DNA of 64,000 nt from an uncultured Christensenella sp. GTDB lineage: Bacteria; Bacillota; Clostridia; Christensenellales; UBA3700. The notes under the pieces are model-generated. The model had not been told where the DNA came from. It saw nothing but the letters and a program-made list of their open reading frames with translations, and searched no databases. A program made the position numbers and the translations under genes. This document shows, piece after piece, positions 1-8,677 of this stretch (positions are counted from its first letter, which is position 1; every line of letters starts with the position of its first letter). The stretch spans positions 20,828 through 84,827 of the forward strand of contig CAJTXS010000005.1 of assembly GCA_910583735.1 (NCBI GenBank), given 5' to 3'.

Positions 1-827
1 GTTACGTGCCACAGATTGACGGTTTCGTGCTTGCACCAAACCGTTCCGTCATCGGGAACAGACGGATTATCAGGCTTAATCGGTTTATTTCCGCCTGCGC
101 CTTTTTCAAATACGAGCGTTATCGTTATTTCATCTGCAGAAAGTGCCGATGCGCTTGCAATTTCAACGGAATAGTCGGGGGCGTTATCGGACGGCGCATT
201 TTCGTTGTTTTCGTCGGTTTTATCATTTTCGGCGCCGTTATCCGGCTTCTGTTCGGGCAGAACAAAATTGTCAAGCGGCATAGTCGTAGTTACGCTTATG
301 CTGTTTTCCGTAACATTCATATCCGAGCTCTGTCCGTTTATTGATACGGACAGTTTTGCGCCGCTCTGCTTATAAGTACCTTTTACAGTCATACCGTTTT
401 GCGTTGAAGTACAGGAACCGTCTTTGAAAAATGCCATAGCCGCGCCGCTCATACTTATTTGGATCTTTTCTTTAAGCATGTTGTATGATTCTTCGCTTAA
501 CAAGTCGCCGTTATACGATATTTCCGCATAACTGAATACATAGGAGTACCCTGCGACGGAAAGTTTATCCTGATTGTCCGGAACCACAGCACCCTTAACA
601 TAGCCGCAACCGTTACAGACATTTTTAGCGTCAAACGCGTGAACGGTTCTATCTATCGTTTTTGCCGTACAACCCGAAACAGTACACTCCTGCCAATGGT
701 AAGTTTCGTCATACTTCATAATGTAATTATGCGTATGCGAGTTGTCTCCGTTGCAAGCCGCAAGAACAAAAATAAAGGTTATTGCGCAAATAAGCCATAA
801 GACGGTAAGTAGAAACTTATTTTTCAT
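1..827 (-). CDS. Putative lipoprotein; the 3' end runs off the window. It is absent from the supplied ORF track because no stop is reached.
   Basis: Hand translation from ATG 827-825 gives MKNKFLLTVLWLICAITFIFVLAAC/NGDNSHTHNY..., i.e. a signal peptide plus an LAAC lipobox. GGAGG lies 7 nt upstream. I checked the frame codon by codon and it stays open to position 1. Confidence 0.7.
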   Translation of the reverse strand, partial: MKNKFLLTVLWLICAITFIFVLAACNGDNSHTHNYIMKYDETYHWQECTVSGCTAKTIDRTVHAFDAKNVCNGCGYVKGAVVPDNQDKLSVAGYSYVFSYAEISYNGDLLSEESYNMLKEKIQISMSGAAMAFFKDGSCTSTQNGMTVKGTYKQSGAKLSVSINGQSSDMNVTENSISVTTTMPLDNFVLPEQKPDNGAENDKTDENNENAPSDNAPDYSVEIASASALSADEITITLVFEKGAGGNKPIKPDNPSVPDDGTVWCKHETVNLWHV

Positions 828-840
828 AAAATACCTCCGC

Positions 841-873
841 AAATAAAAAAGTGCGTCCCAATGCAGAACGCAC
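841..873 (-). terminator. Intrinsic terminator immediately upstream of the lipoprotein SD/ATG (attenuator-like position)
   Basis: The minus-strand RNA reads GUGCGUUC-ugcauug-GGACGCAC (8-bp stem including one G-U pair). UUUUUUUAUUU follows, then GCGGAGG and the AUG. Confidence 0.5.
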
Positions 874-895
874 CCCAACAGTACACTCCGTCATT

Positions 896-980
896 GTTGT
901 CACACAATTCCGTAAATAGGATAGAAGAGAGGTACTAATTGGCAATACCACTCCTATTTACGATTGAATTGTGTGACAAC
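896..980 (-). promoter_or_regulatory. Long bulged hairpin at the 5' end of the predicted lipoprotein leader
   Basis: GTTGTCACACAATTC (896-910) and CGTAAATAGGA (911-921) pair with TCCTATTTACG (952-962) and GAATTGTGTGACAAC (966-980). That is 26 bp with a 3-nt bulge (963-965) and a 30-nt loop. Confidence 0.45.
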
Positions 981-982
981 AT

Positions 983-1012
983 AATATAAGCATATTTTTC
1001 TAAAAAAATCAA
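983..1012 (-). promoter_or_regulatory. Candidate sigma-A promoter for the lipoprotein leader
   Basis: On the minus strand, TTGATT (1012-1007) is followed after a 17-18 nt spacer by TTATAT/TATATT (989-983). The predicted start falls at the first arm of the long hairpin. Confidence 0.4.
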
Positions 1013-1140
1013 GAGTTTGAGACTGCAAAGAGCATATAACGCGAAGAGCGTAAAGTTTGCTTGTTATTTTTAAGTCGCTTATCAATGTGCTATAAAGCGC
1101 TTAGATAATAAATATCTACATATTATATGAAGTAAGCGCC

Positions 1141-1188
1141 ATAAAAAATGCACCTCGAAAGTTTTACAGCCATAAGAGGTGCATTTTA
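1141..1188 (-). terminator. secA intrinsic terminator
   Basis: AAAATGCACCTC (1145-1156) pairs with GAGGTGCATTTT (1176-1187). On the minus strand the stem is followed by a run of 6 U. Confidence 0.7.
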
Positions 1189-1232
1189 ATTGCGAAATGT
1201 ACAGTCGCTCAATACTGCTATTCTAAAATAGT

Positions 1233-4079
1233 TTATTTGCCGCAGCAGTTCTTATACTTCTTGCCGCTGCCGCAGGGGCAAGGCTCGTTGCGACCCACTT
1301 CCTTCTCTTTACGCGCGGGAGCGGACTTGACAGTCTGTTTGCTCTCGCCTGTAGACGCTGACTTGGCGTCGGAGTAGACGATGCGCTGCTCCTTCTTGAG
1401 TTTATCCAGAATGCGGTCGTTGATGAATACTCGCCTTACGAGCGACTTGACGGTATCCTTCTTAATCTCCGCGACCATGGAGTTAAACATATCGTAAGTC
1501 TCTCTCTTATACTCGAGCACGGGGTCTTGATGTCCGTACGCGACCAACTCTATGCTCTGTCTCACGTCGTCCACTTCGTCTATATAAGCGCGCCAGTTGA
1601 CGTCTATTGCCTGAAGAGTAAATCTCTTCTCCGCGTCGGACAGCTCGAAAGTCATGCCCGCGCCCTCGAAGTTCTCTTTGTTGAGGCTCGTGATCTGATC
1701 GTACTGCTCTTCGCACTTGCGGTATACGTAGTTGATAATCTCCTGCAGCGAAGAGTTGGCGTATACCACATCTGGCGTCATTACCTCGCTGTCCTTAGTG
1801 AACAGGTATTCGTTGAGTTCTCGATTAAAGGCGACATAATCCCACGAGCGGTGGTCGCTCTTAAAGTCCACGTGACGCTCGCATATCTCTTCCGCGACAT
1901 CATAGCACATCTTGAGCACTTGCCTATGAATATCGCTCTCTTCGAGCACCTCGTTGCGCTTACCGTAGATAATCTCTCTCTGATAGTTGAGCACGTCGTC
2001 GTATGCGATCAGTCTCTTGCGAGCGGAGAAGTGCCTATCCTCTACCACCGACTGAATATACGCTATCTGCCTGCTCATTATGCCCGCGACTATCGGCTCG
2101 TCCTCGTTGATAGCAAGACGCGATACCAATGAGAAGAAATTGGAGCCTGCAAAGCGCTTAAACATATCGTCCTCGCAAGACAGATAGAATGCCGACGAGC
2201 CGTTGTCTCCCTGTCTGCCGCTACGACCGCGCAACTGATTGTCTATACGGCGCGAGTCGTGCCTTTCCGTACCTATTATCCTAAGTCCGCCGAGAGCGGC
2301 TACCTGCTCCTTCTCCGCGCGGGTATCGGCAAGATATTGGGCGTACAGCTTGTCGTAGACGGCCTTGGCGCTCTTTACTTCCGGATCGTCGGAAGGGGTG
2401 AGCGCGGTGCACGCCTCGATAATCTCGTGAGCGTATCCTTTCTTAGCCATAGCCGCCTTGGCGGTATACTCGGGATTGCCGCCGAGCATGATATCGGTAC
2501 CTCTACCTGCCATATTAGTGGCGATGGTAATGGCGCCCAGCCTACCCGCCTGCGCTATAATATCCGCTTCCTTATCGTGGTACTTGGCGTTGAGCACATT
2601 GTGACTGCGTATGCCTTCGCGGCGCAATACCGCGGATAGCTGCTCGCTCTTCTCCACGCTGACCGTACCCACCAGCACGGGCTGATTGCGCTCGTGACAC
2701 TCCTTGATATCCTTGACGATTGCGTTAATCTTAGCCTTTTCGGTGACGTACAGTCTGTCCTGCTCGTCGCGCCTTACTACGGGCTTGTTGGTAGGTATAA
2801 CCATGACGTCGAGACTGTATATCTTCTCGAACTCGTCTTCTTCCGTCTTGGCGGTACCCGTCATACCCGAAAGTTTATGATACAGCCTGAAGAAATTCTG
2901 AAGCGTGATTGTGGCGAGGGTCTTATTCTCCGTCTTGATTTCCACGCCCTCTTTAGCCTCTATAGCCTGATGCAGACCGTTGCTGAAGCGCCTGCCTATC
3001 ATCTGCCTACCGGTGTACTCGTCTATGATAATGACCTGTCCGTCTACTACGAGGTAGTTGACCTCTTTCTTCATGATGACGTGCGCCTTTAGCGCGTTGT
3101 CGATATAATGCTTAATCTCGCGGTTGGAGTACTCGCTGAGGTCGTCTATATTAAAAAACTTCTCCGCCTTTTCCGTCCCGCGCTCGTTGATATACACGCT
3201 CTTATTCTTCTCGATAAGTTCGTAATCGCCCGCATTCTCGCACACGGCGCCGCACTCGGGGCAGATAATCTCTTCCTCTTTATTCCTAGTGGAAGTATCT
3301 CCGCCGAGATTCTCCCCGCAAGAGGGGCAGATATATTCGACGGGCTTGAGCTGTCTTACAAATGTGTCCGCGCGGCGATAATTGTCGCTGGACTCCTCGC
3401 CTCTGCCGCTGATTATAAGAGGCGTGCGCGCCTCGTCTATGAGTATGCTGTCCACCTCGTCCACTATCGCGAACTCCAAGCCGCGAAGCACTCTGTCCTT
3501 AATGTCGTAGACCATGTTGTCGCGCAGGTAATCGAAACCGAGCTCGTTATTGGTAGTATAGACGATATCGCATGCGAACACTTCTCTCTTGGCGTCCGGC
3601 TGCATATTGCTGCGGTTGACGCCCACGCTCATGCCGAGGAAATTATATACTTTACCCATCCACTCCGCGTCGCGCGCGGCGAGGTACTCGTTGACGGTGA
3701 CTACATGTACGCCTTTGCCCGTCAAAGCGTTGAGATATACGGGAAGCGTGGCTACCAGCGTCTTGCCTTCGCCCGTGCTCATCTCGGCTATTCTGCCCTG
3801 ATGCAGCGCTATACCGCCTATTATCTGCACGTGGAAGTGACGCATGCCCAGCACTCTGTCGGCAGCCTCTCTCACTGTGGCAAACGCCTCGGGAAGAAGA
3901 GAGTCGAGCGTCTCGCCGCCTGCGTAACGCTGCCTGTAATCGTCGGTGCAGGCGCGCAATTGCTCGTCCGTCATAGCCTTAAATCTATCGGACAAAACCT
4001 CTACCGCAGTAGCTATCTTCTCTATCTTTTTCAGCTCGCGCTCGTTCTTGTCGGGGAAAAGTCTGCCGAATATACCCAT
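1233..4079 (-). CDS. secA: Preprotein translocase ATPase SecA
   Basis: Motifs seen are Walker A MSTGEGKTLVATLP, IVDEVDSILIDEARTPLIIS and the C-terminal zinc finger CPCGSGKKYKNCCGK. I moved the start from 4142 to ATG 4079 (MGIFGRLF...), a typical SecA N-terminus. Confidence 0.95.
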   Translation of the reverse strand: MGIFGRLFPDKNERELKKIEKIATAVEVLSDRFKAMTDEQLRACTDDYRQRYAGGETLDSLLPEAFATVREAADRVLGMRHFHVQIIGGIALHQGRIAEMSTGEGKTLVATLPVYLNALTGKGVHVVTVNEYLAARDAEWMGKVYNFLGMSVGVNRSNMQPDAKREVFACDIVYTTNNELGFDYLRDNMVYDIKDRVLRGLEFAIVDEVDSILIDEARTPLIISGRGEESSDNYRRADTFVRQLKPVEYICPSCGENLGGDTSTRNKEEEIICPECGAVCENAGDYELIEKNKSVYINERGTEKAEKFFNIDDLSEYSNREIKHYIDNALKAHVIMKKEVNYLVVDGQVIIIDEYTGRQMIGRRFSNGLHQAIEAKEGVEIKTENKTLATITLQNFFRLYHKLSGMTGTAKTEEDEFEKIYSLDVMVIPTNKPVVRRDEQDRLYVTEKAKINAIVKDIKECHERNQPVLVGTVSVEKSEQLSAVLRREGIRSHNVLNAKYHDKEADIIAQAGRLGAITIATNMAGRGTDIMLGGNPEYTAKAAMAKKGYAHEIIEACTALTPSDDPEVKSAKAVYDKLYAQYLADTRAEKEQVAALGGLRIIGTERHDSRRIDNQLRGRSGRQGDNGSSAFYLSCEDDMFKRFAGSNFFSLVSRLAINEDEPIVAGIMSRQIAYIQSVVEDRHFSARKRLIAYDDVLNYQREIIYGKRNEVLEESDIHRQVLKMCYDVAEEICERHVDFKSDHRSWDYVAFNRELNEYLFTKDSEVMTPDVVYANSSLQEIINYVYRKCEEQYDQITSLNKENFEGAGMTFELSDAEKRFTLQAIDVNWRAYIDEVDDVRQSIELVAYGHQDPVLEYKRETYDMFNSMVAEIKKDTVKSLVRRVFINDRILDKLKKEQRIVYSDAKSASTGESKQTVKSAPARKEKEVGRNEPCPCGSGKKYKNCCGK

Positions 4080-4214
4080 GTCTACCTCTTGCCGATTATC
4101 CGTCGTACAATAGGGCGGCTTACGGCTTAAATATTTTACCATTGCGACGCAATGTGTGTCAAGTAAGGCTATTTATAAGGTATGTAATATATTGTTGTAC
4201 TTTAGCTAATGAAT

Positions 4215-4245
4215 AGAGGACAGGCTTATGTAAAGTCTGTCCTCT
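4215..4245 (-). terminator. Hairpin downstream of hisIE; probable his operon terminator
   Basis: AGAGGACAG (4215-4223) pairs with CTGTCCTCT (4237-4245). The T-tract is better on the plus strand (TTCTTTATT) than on the minus, so the orientation is uncertain. Confidence 0.45.
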
Positions 4246-4286
4246 TCTTTATTATGCGATATTATATAGCTATGCCGCTTACGCAT

Positions 4287-4934
4287 TTACTGCATGCGCT
4301 CTTGCTTGACTTTGACATCCACGACGTGGCGCTTTGCGAGCTCGTCGATGACGTCCTTAATCTCGATGCCCATCTCCGCCATAAGTACGAATATGTGATA
4401 GGTCAAGTCGCCTATCTCGAATACCGTCTCTTCCTTGCTGCCCGACTTGGCGCCGATGATGACTTCCGTGCACTCTTCGCCCACTTTCTTAAGTATCTTG
4501 TCTACGCCCTTTTCGAACAAATAAGTCGTATACGAACCTTGCTTGGGGTCTGTCTTGCGCCCCTTGACGACATCGTACAGTCCCTCAAGCGAGAATGGTT
4601 TATACTCGGGGTTGACATACAATGCGTCCTCGAAGCAGCTGTCCGTGCCCTTATGACAGGCTGGACCGTCCTTAATCACTTCCGCTACCAAAGCGTCGCC
4701 GTCGCAATCCGCCTTAATAGAGACTATGTGCTGATAGTTGCCGCTGGTCTCGCCCTTGCGCCACAGCTTGCCGCGCGAACGACTGAAAAAGCATGTCTTG
4801 CCCTCGCTCTCCGATATACGCAGGCTCTCCTCGTTCATGTACGCGAGCGTAAGCACCTTTTTGCTGTAATAATCTTGCACTACGACGGGGATAAGCCCTC
4901 TGTCGTCAAACTTAAGCATACTGATATCTATCAT
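4287..4934 (-). CDS. hisI: Bifunctional phosphoribosyl-AMP cyclohydrolase / phosphoribosyl-ATP pyrophosphatase
   Basis: The N-terminal half is HisI-like (GLIPVVVQDYYSKKVLTLAYMNEESL, DCDGDAL). The C-terminal half is HisE/MazG-like (LFEKGVDKILKKVGEECTEVII). Confidence 0.9.
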   Translation of the reverse strand: MIDISMLKFDDRGLIPVVVQDYYSKKVLTLAYMNEESLRISESEGKTCFFSRSRGKLWRKGETSGNYQHIVSIKADCDGDALVAEVIKDGPACHKGTDSCFEDALYVNPEYKPFSLEGLYDVVKGRKTDPKQGSYTTYLFEKGVDKILKKVGEECTEVIIGAKSGSKEETVFEIGDLTYHIFVLMAEMGIEIKDVIDELAKRHVVDVKVKQERMQ

Positions 4935-4948
4935 ACTTCACCTCTTGA

Positions 4949-5707
4949 TTATATTCTTACCGGAATTCCGCCTTGAGCAAGCAGCTGCTTGAGCTCGCGT
5001 ATATCCACTTCTCCGTAATGGAAAATGGATGCCGCAAGCCCTGCGTCCACTCCCGGCACGCTATTGAACAGCTGCAAAAAATCCTCCGCCGAGCCCGCTC
5101 CGCCGGACGCGATTACAGGCACGCTCACCCTGCCGCACAGCTCTGCGAGCATGGGCAAATCGAAGCCGCCCTTTACTCCGTCCGTATCGATTGAGTTGAG
5201 CACTATCTCTCCAGCGCCCTCGCCTACTCCGCGCTCCGCCCACTGCATGGCGTCTATGCCCGTGTCAACTCTGCCGCCTCGGCTGAACAGTCTGTACTGT
5301 CCGTCTACGCGCTTGACGTCCATAGACAGCACCACACACTGACTGCCGTATATCCTCGCCGCCTTGCCTATCAAGGAAGGGTCGGCGATAGCGCCCGAGT
5401 TGACGCTCACCTTATCCGCGCCGCACTTGAGCACGCGCTCGAAGTCGGCTACGCCGTTGATACCCCCGCCTACGGTAAGGGGGATAAATATGCTCGACGC
5501 AACTCTCTCCAATATATCGGTGAACAGACGTCTCCCCTCCGCAGAAGCGGTTATATCATAGAATACGAGTTCGTCTGCGCCGCTGCCGTTGTAATATGCC
5601 GCGAGAGCCACAGGGTCGCTCACATCGCGCAGTCCGCCGAAGTTTACGCCCTTCACTACCCTGCCGTCCTTGATGTCGAGACAGGGAATAATCCTCTTAG
5701 CCAGCAT
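4949..5707 (-). CDS. hisF: Imidazole glycerol phosphate synthase cyclase subunit
   Basis: Motifs IIPCLDIKDGRVVKG, ADKVSVNS and GAGEIVLNSIDTDG. Confidence 0.95.
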   Translation of the reverse strand: MLAKRIIPCLDIKDGRVVKGVNFGGLRDVSDPVALAAYYNGSGADELVFYDITASAEGRRLFTDILERVASSIFIPLTVGGGINGVADFERVLKCGADKVSVNSGAIADPSLIGKAARIYGSQCVVLSMDVKRVDGQYRLFSRGGRVDTGIDAMQWAERGVGEGAGEIVLNSIDTDGVKGGFDLPMLAELCGRVSVPVIASGGAGSAEDFLQLFNSVPGVDAGLAASIFHYGEVDIRELKQLLAQGGIPVRI

Positions 5708-6419
5708 CGCCCATAGCCTCCTCTACCTGCCTTAAGTCGAGCTTGCCCTCGTACAGAGCCTTGCCGAGTATAGCGCCGTCTACGCCGATAGCGCGCAGCT
5801 CCTCGAGCTCGCTCACAGACGATATTCCGCCCGACGCCGTAACTATAAGTCCGTCGATACCTTTCAGCGCGCGGTAAGCGTCGAGATTGGTGCCCGACAT
5901 TGCGCCGTCCTTGGATATATCCGTAAAGATAACGTCGTATATACCGTCGTATGCAAGCTGTCTGCAAAAGTCGTAGGCGTCCAAGCCCGAATCTTTCTCC
6001 CATCCGTGCACGGCTACTCTGCCGTCTCTTGCGTCCACGCCTATCGCTATCCTATCGCCGTACTTGCGTCTCATCTCGAGCGCAAAGTCGTATCTCGATA
6101 CCGCAACCGTGCCGAGTATCACCCTGCTCGCGCCTGCGTCCAAATATCTTAGTATGCTTTCCTCGCTCCTGATACCGCCGCCTATCTCCACATTTAGCGC
6201 GCACGAGCGCACTATCTCGGCAATTATCGAAGCATTGTCCGCCTTGCCGCTCCTCGCCCCGTCCAAATCGACGACGTGCAGATATTTGCTGCCGCATTCC
6301 GCCATTTGGCGGGCCACCGACACGGGAGAATCGGAATAGCGCTTCACCCTGCTGTAATCGCCCTGTGTAAGCCTTACCGCCTCACCTTGAATTATATCTA
6401 TAGCGGGTATAATCTTCAT
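5697..6419 (-). CDS. hisA: ProFAR isomerase
   Basis: Motifs MKIIPAIDIIQGEAVRLTQGDY, GGGIRS and GAILGKALYEG. I placed the start at ATG 6419, just after the hisH stop at 6421; the 6452 start would overlap hisH. Confidence 0.9.
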   Translation of the reverse strand: MKIIPAIDIIQGEAVRLTQGDYSRVKRYSDSPVSVARQMAECGSKYLHVVDLDGARSGKADNASIIAEIVRSCALNVEIGGGIRSEESILRYLDAGASRVILGTVAVSRYDFALEMRRKYGDRIAIGVDARDGRVAVHGWEKDSGLDAYDFCRQLAYDGIYDVIFTDISKDGAMSGTNLDAYRALKGIDGLIVTASGGISSVSELEELRAIGVDGAILGKALYEGKLDLRQVEEAMGDAG

Positions 6420-6420
6420 A

Positions 6421-7032
6421 TCATATCTCCGAAAAAGCCTTGAGTATCGCAAGTCCCGCGGCGCCGCTCTTCTCGGGATGGAATTGAGCGCCCATGACGT
6501 TGCCCCGTCTTACCGCAGCGGTAACGGGCATACCGTAATCGGCATAAGCTATGACGTCCGCGTCGCAGTCTTTAGCGTAATACGAGTGTACGAAATACAT
6601 ATACTCGCCGCTCTTAACATACTTGAGCAAGCTGTCGTCTCTCACGATATCGATGGCGTTCCAACCCATATGAGGCACTTTAAGCTCCTTGGGCAGGCAG
6701 TCTGCAAGCGGACACACCTTGCCGCCTATAAGTCCCAAGCCCTTATGCTCGCCGAACTCGTAACTTATGTCGAAGAGCAATTGCATGCCTAAACATATGC
6801 CCATAAGCGGCTTGCCTCTCGCCGCTTGCTCTATCAGATACCTGTCAAGTCCCGCCTGTCTGAGCTTAAGAGCCGCGTCGGCAAAAGCGCCTACTCCGGG
6901 CAGAATAATCCTGTCGCACATATCGAGCGCATTGCTGTCCCCGCTGACGGTATACTTCAGCGATAATGAGGACAGCGAACTGCCAAGCGAATAAAGATTA
7001 CCCACTCCGTAGTCTACTATGCCTATCATCAC
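6421..7032 (-). CDS. hisH: Imidazole glycerol phosphate synthase glutaminase subunit
   Basis: Class I amidotransferase: GICLGMQLL nucleophile elbow and FHPEKS. Confidence 0.9.
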   Translation of the reverse strand: MMIGIVDYGVGNLYSLGSSLSSLSLKYTVSGDSNALDMCDRIILPGVGAFADAALKLRQAGLDRYLIEQAARGKPLMGICLGMQLLFDISYEFGEHKGLGLIGGKVCPLADCLPKELKVPHMGWNAIDIVRDDSLLKYVKSGEYMYFVHSYYAKDCDADVIAYADYGMPVTAAVRRGNVMGAQFHPEKSGAAGLAILKAFSEI

Positions 7033-7616
7033 AACACTCCCTTGCTGGAAGGTATCGCTCCGCCGAGCGACATATCGAGCGACGCCGCCTCGCGCAGCAC
7101 CCTGCCGAGAGACTTGAATACCGCCTCGATAATGTGGTGAGAATTCTCGCCCGCAAGCATCTTAAAGTGCAACGTAACTCCCGAGCGGCGCACAAAGGCG
7201 AGCATGAATTCCTTGACCAGTTCGCAGTCGAATTCGCCTACCTTGTCGGTAAACGTGACTACGTCGTAGTTGAGATAGCTCCTGCCGCTGATGTCTATAG
7301 CGCAGACCATGAGCGCCTCATCCATGGGGAGCGTGATATCGGCATAGCGGCGTATGCCCGCTTTATTGCCGAGCGCCTCGGCCAAAGCGTCGCCGAGCGC
7401 AATTCCGATATCTTCCGCGCTGTGGTGCATATCCACATGCGTATCGCCCTTGCACTCGATGTCGAGGTCAAGTCTGCCGTGCACGGCAAGAAGCTGTAGC
7501 ATGTGGTCCAAAAAGCCGCTGCCCGACGATATATTGTGCTTACCGCCACCGTCTATATTAAGGCTGAGTACGATGTCCGTCTCGGTTGTCTTTCTCTTGA
7601 TTAGAGCTGTTCTCAT
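7029..7616 (-). CDS. hisB: Imidazoleglycerol-phosphate dehydratase (monofunctional, no phosphatase domain)
   Basis: Motifs RKTTETDI, VDMHHSAEDIGIALG and SHHIIEAVFKSLGR. The start ATG at 7616 overlaps the hisC stop (ATGA). Confidence 0.9.
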   Translation of the reverse strand: MRTALIKRKTTETDIVLSLNIDGGGKHNISSGSGFLDHMLQLLAVHGRLDLDIECKGDTHVDMHHSAEDIGIALGDALAEALGNKAGIRRYADITLPMDEALMVCAIDISGRSYLNYDVVTFTDKVGEFDCELVKEFMLAFVRRSGVTLHFKMLAGENSHHIIEAVFKSLGRVLREAASLDMSLGGAIPSSKGVL

Positions 7617-8677
7617 AATGCCTCCGTGATTGTGTCTATCGCGGCGAGAAGAGCGTCGCATTGAGCTCTGTCGCCTATCGTTATTCTTACAAAGTCTTCT
7701 ATCCTCTCGTCGGCAAGATGCCTGACAAGCACGCCTTTATCCTTAAGCGCAAGATACAGGCGCTTGCCGCCTATAGCGCCGCTGCGCGCGAGCACGAAAT
7801 TGGCTGACGACGGCAATACGTGAAAGCCCCTCTCCTCCAGCTGCTCGGTAAGATAAGTCCTGTTAGACTTGATTAAGTCTACGCATCTGTCGAAATAAGC
7901 GCCGTCCCTCAACGCCGCGGCGCCCAGCGCTATGGGCAGTGTGCCGAGATTGTAGGGATTAAACGAATACTTGACAGTGCGTAAGTCGCGGGCAAGCTGC
8001 TCCGACGCGAGCGCGTAGCCTATCCTCGCCCCGGCAAGCGAGCGGGACTTGGACATAGTGCGCACCACGACTACGTTGTCATACTTGTTGACAAGCGGCA
8101 CGCAGCTCACTTCGGAAAAATCGGCATATGCCTCGTCGATAATGACCACGCTGTCGCTATTGGCTGCGACTATCTCCTCTATCTCTTTCGCTCCGATAGC
8201 GATACCCGTCTGCGCGTTGGGATTGGCGATAAGGATGTTGCAACCTATCCCCATATAATCGCTCGCCTTTACCTTGTAGTCGCTGTCGAGCGGAATTATC
8301 CTCGTAGGCACGTTAAAGAGCGCTGCGTACACCTTATAAAATCCGTACGTCACGTCCGCAAAGGCAACGCCCTTGTCCCTATCGCAAAAGGCAAGGAAGC
8401 AGAATGCCAGCGCCTCGTCCGAGCCGTTGGTGACAAGCACGTTGTCTTTATCTACCGAATAGCAACGCGCTATCTCGCCTGCCAGCTCGTCCGCCGTAGG
8501 ATCGGAATAGAGACGAAGGTCGGCAAGCATATCCTTATCCACCGCTTCTATCGCTAAAGGCGACGGCGCAAAGGGCGACTCGTTGGTATTGAGTTTCACA
8601 TAGCTCTTATCCCTCGGCTGCTCGCCGGGGGTATAAGGCGTAAGAGATTGCAGTCTGCTGCTTAAGTAACGGCTCAT
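7613..8677 (-). CDS. hisC: Histidinol-phosphate aminotransferase
   Basis: Motifs LNTNESP and the PLP-lysine region TMSKSRSLAGARIGY, together with its position in the his operon. Confidence 0.9.
   Translation of the reverse strand: MSRYLSSRLQSLTPYTPGEQPRDKSYVKLNTNESPFAPSPLAIEAVDKDMLADLRLYSDPTADELAGEIARCYSVDKDNVLVTNGSDEALAFCFLAFCDRDKGVAFADVTYGFYKVYAALFNVPTRIIPLDSDYKVKASDYMGIGCNILIANPNAQTGIAIGAKEIEEIVAANSDSVVIIDEAYADFSEVSCVPLVNKYDNVVVVRTMSKSRSLAGARIGYALASEQLARDLRTVKYSFNPYNLGTLPIALGAAALRDGAYFDRCVDLIKSNRTYLTEQLEERGFHVLPSSANFVLARSGAIGGKRLYLALKDKGVLVRHLADERIEDFVRITIGDRAQCDALLAAIDTITEAL

Noticed and set aside
6-344. 112-aa plus-strand ORF at the left edge
   Set aside because: It lies antisense to a much better minus-strand lipoprotein reading frame (signal peptide, lipobox, SD) that stays open from 827 to position 1. 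The plus ORF has an odd Arg/Cys/Phe-rich composition.
1527-4130. Series of plus-strand ORFs (201, 126, 132 and 340 aa) inside secA. Similar shadows occur at 13575-14462, 15345-16313, 18195-18995, 22548-23378, 30606-31415, 31358-32485, 34725-35639, 36587-37666, 41503-42579, 44416-45366, 51969-53225, 56971-58155 and 58821-59648.
   Set aside because: Where I checked the phase (secA, 13575-14462, 31358-32485, 51969-53225, 56971-58155), the ORF is in the codon-aligned antisense frame of a confidently identified gene. I treat the others as the same artefact. They have no SD or promoter context and are compositional artefacts.
4080-4142. N-terminal extensions offered by the ORF track: secA 4142, hisA 6452, hisB 7661, hisG 10601, mrnC 36524, aldolase-family 37744, aminotransferase 41090, tpiA 51805, purF 53399, degV 56038, fhs 60323, PPTase-like 61204
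   Set aside because: Internal ATGs give canonical family N-termini. For most of them (for example aldolase-family 37675, aminotransferase 41045, degV 55987, purF 53420, fhs 60272) there is also an SD-like sequence upstream. The longer versions overlap upstream genes or encode Arg-rich read-through sequence.
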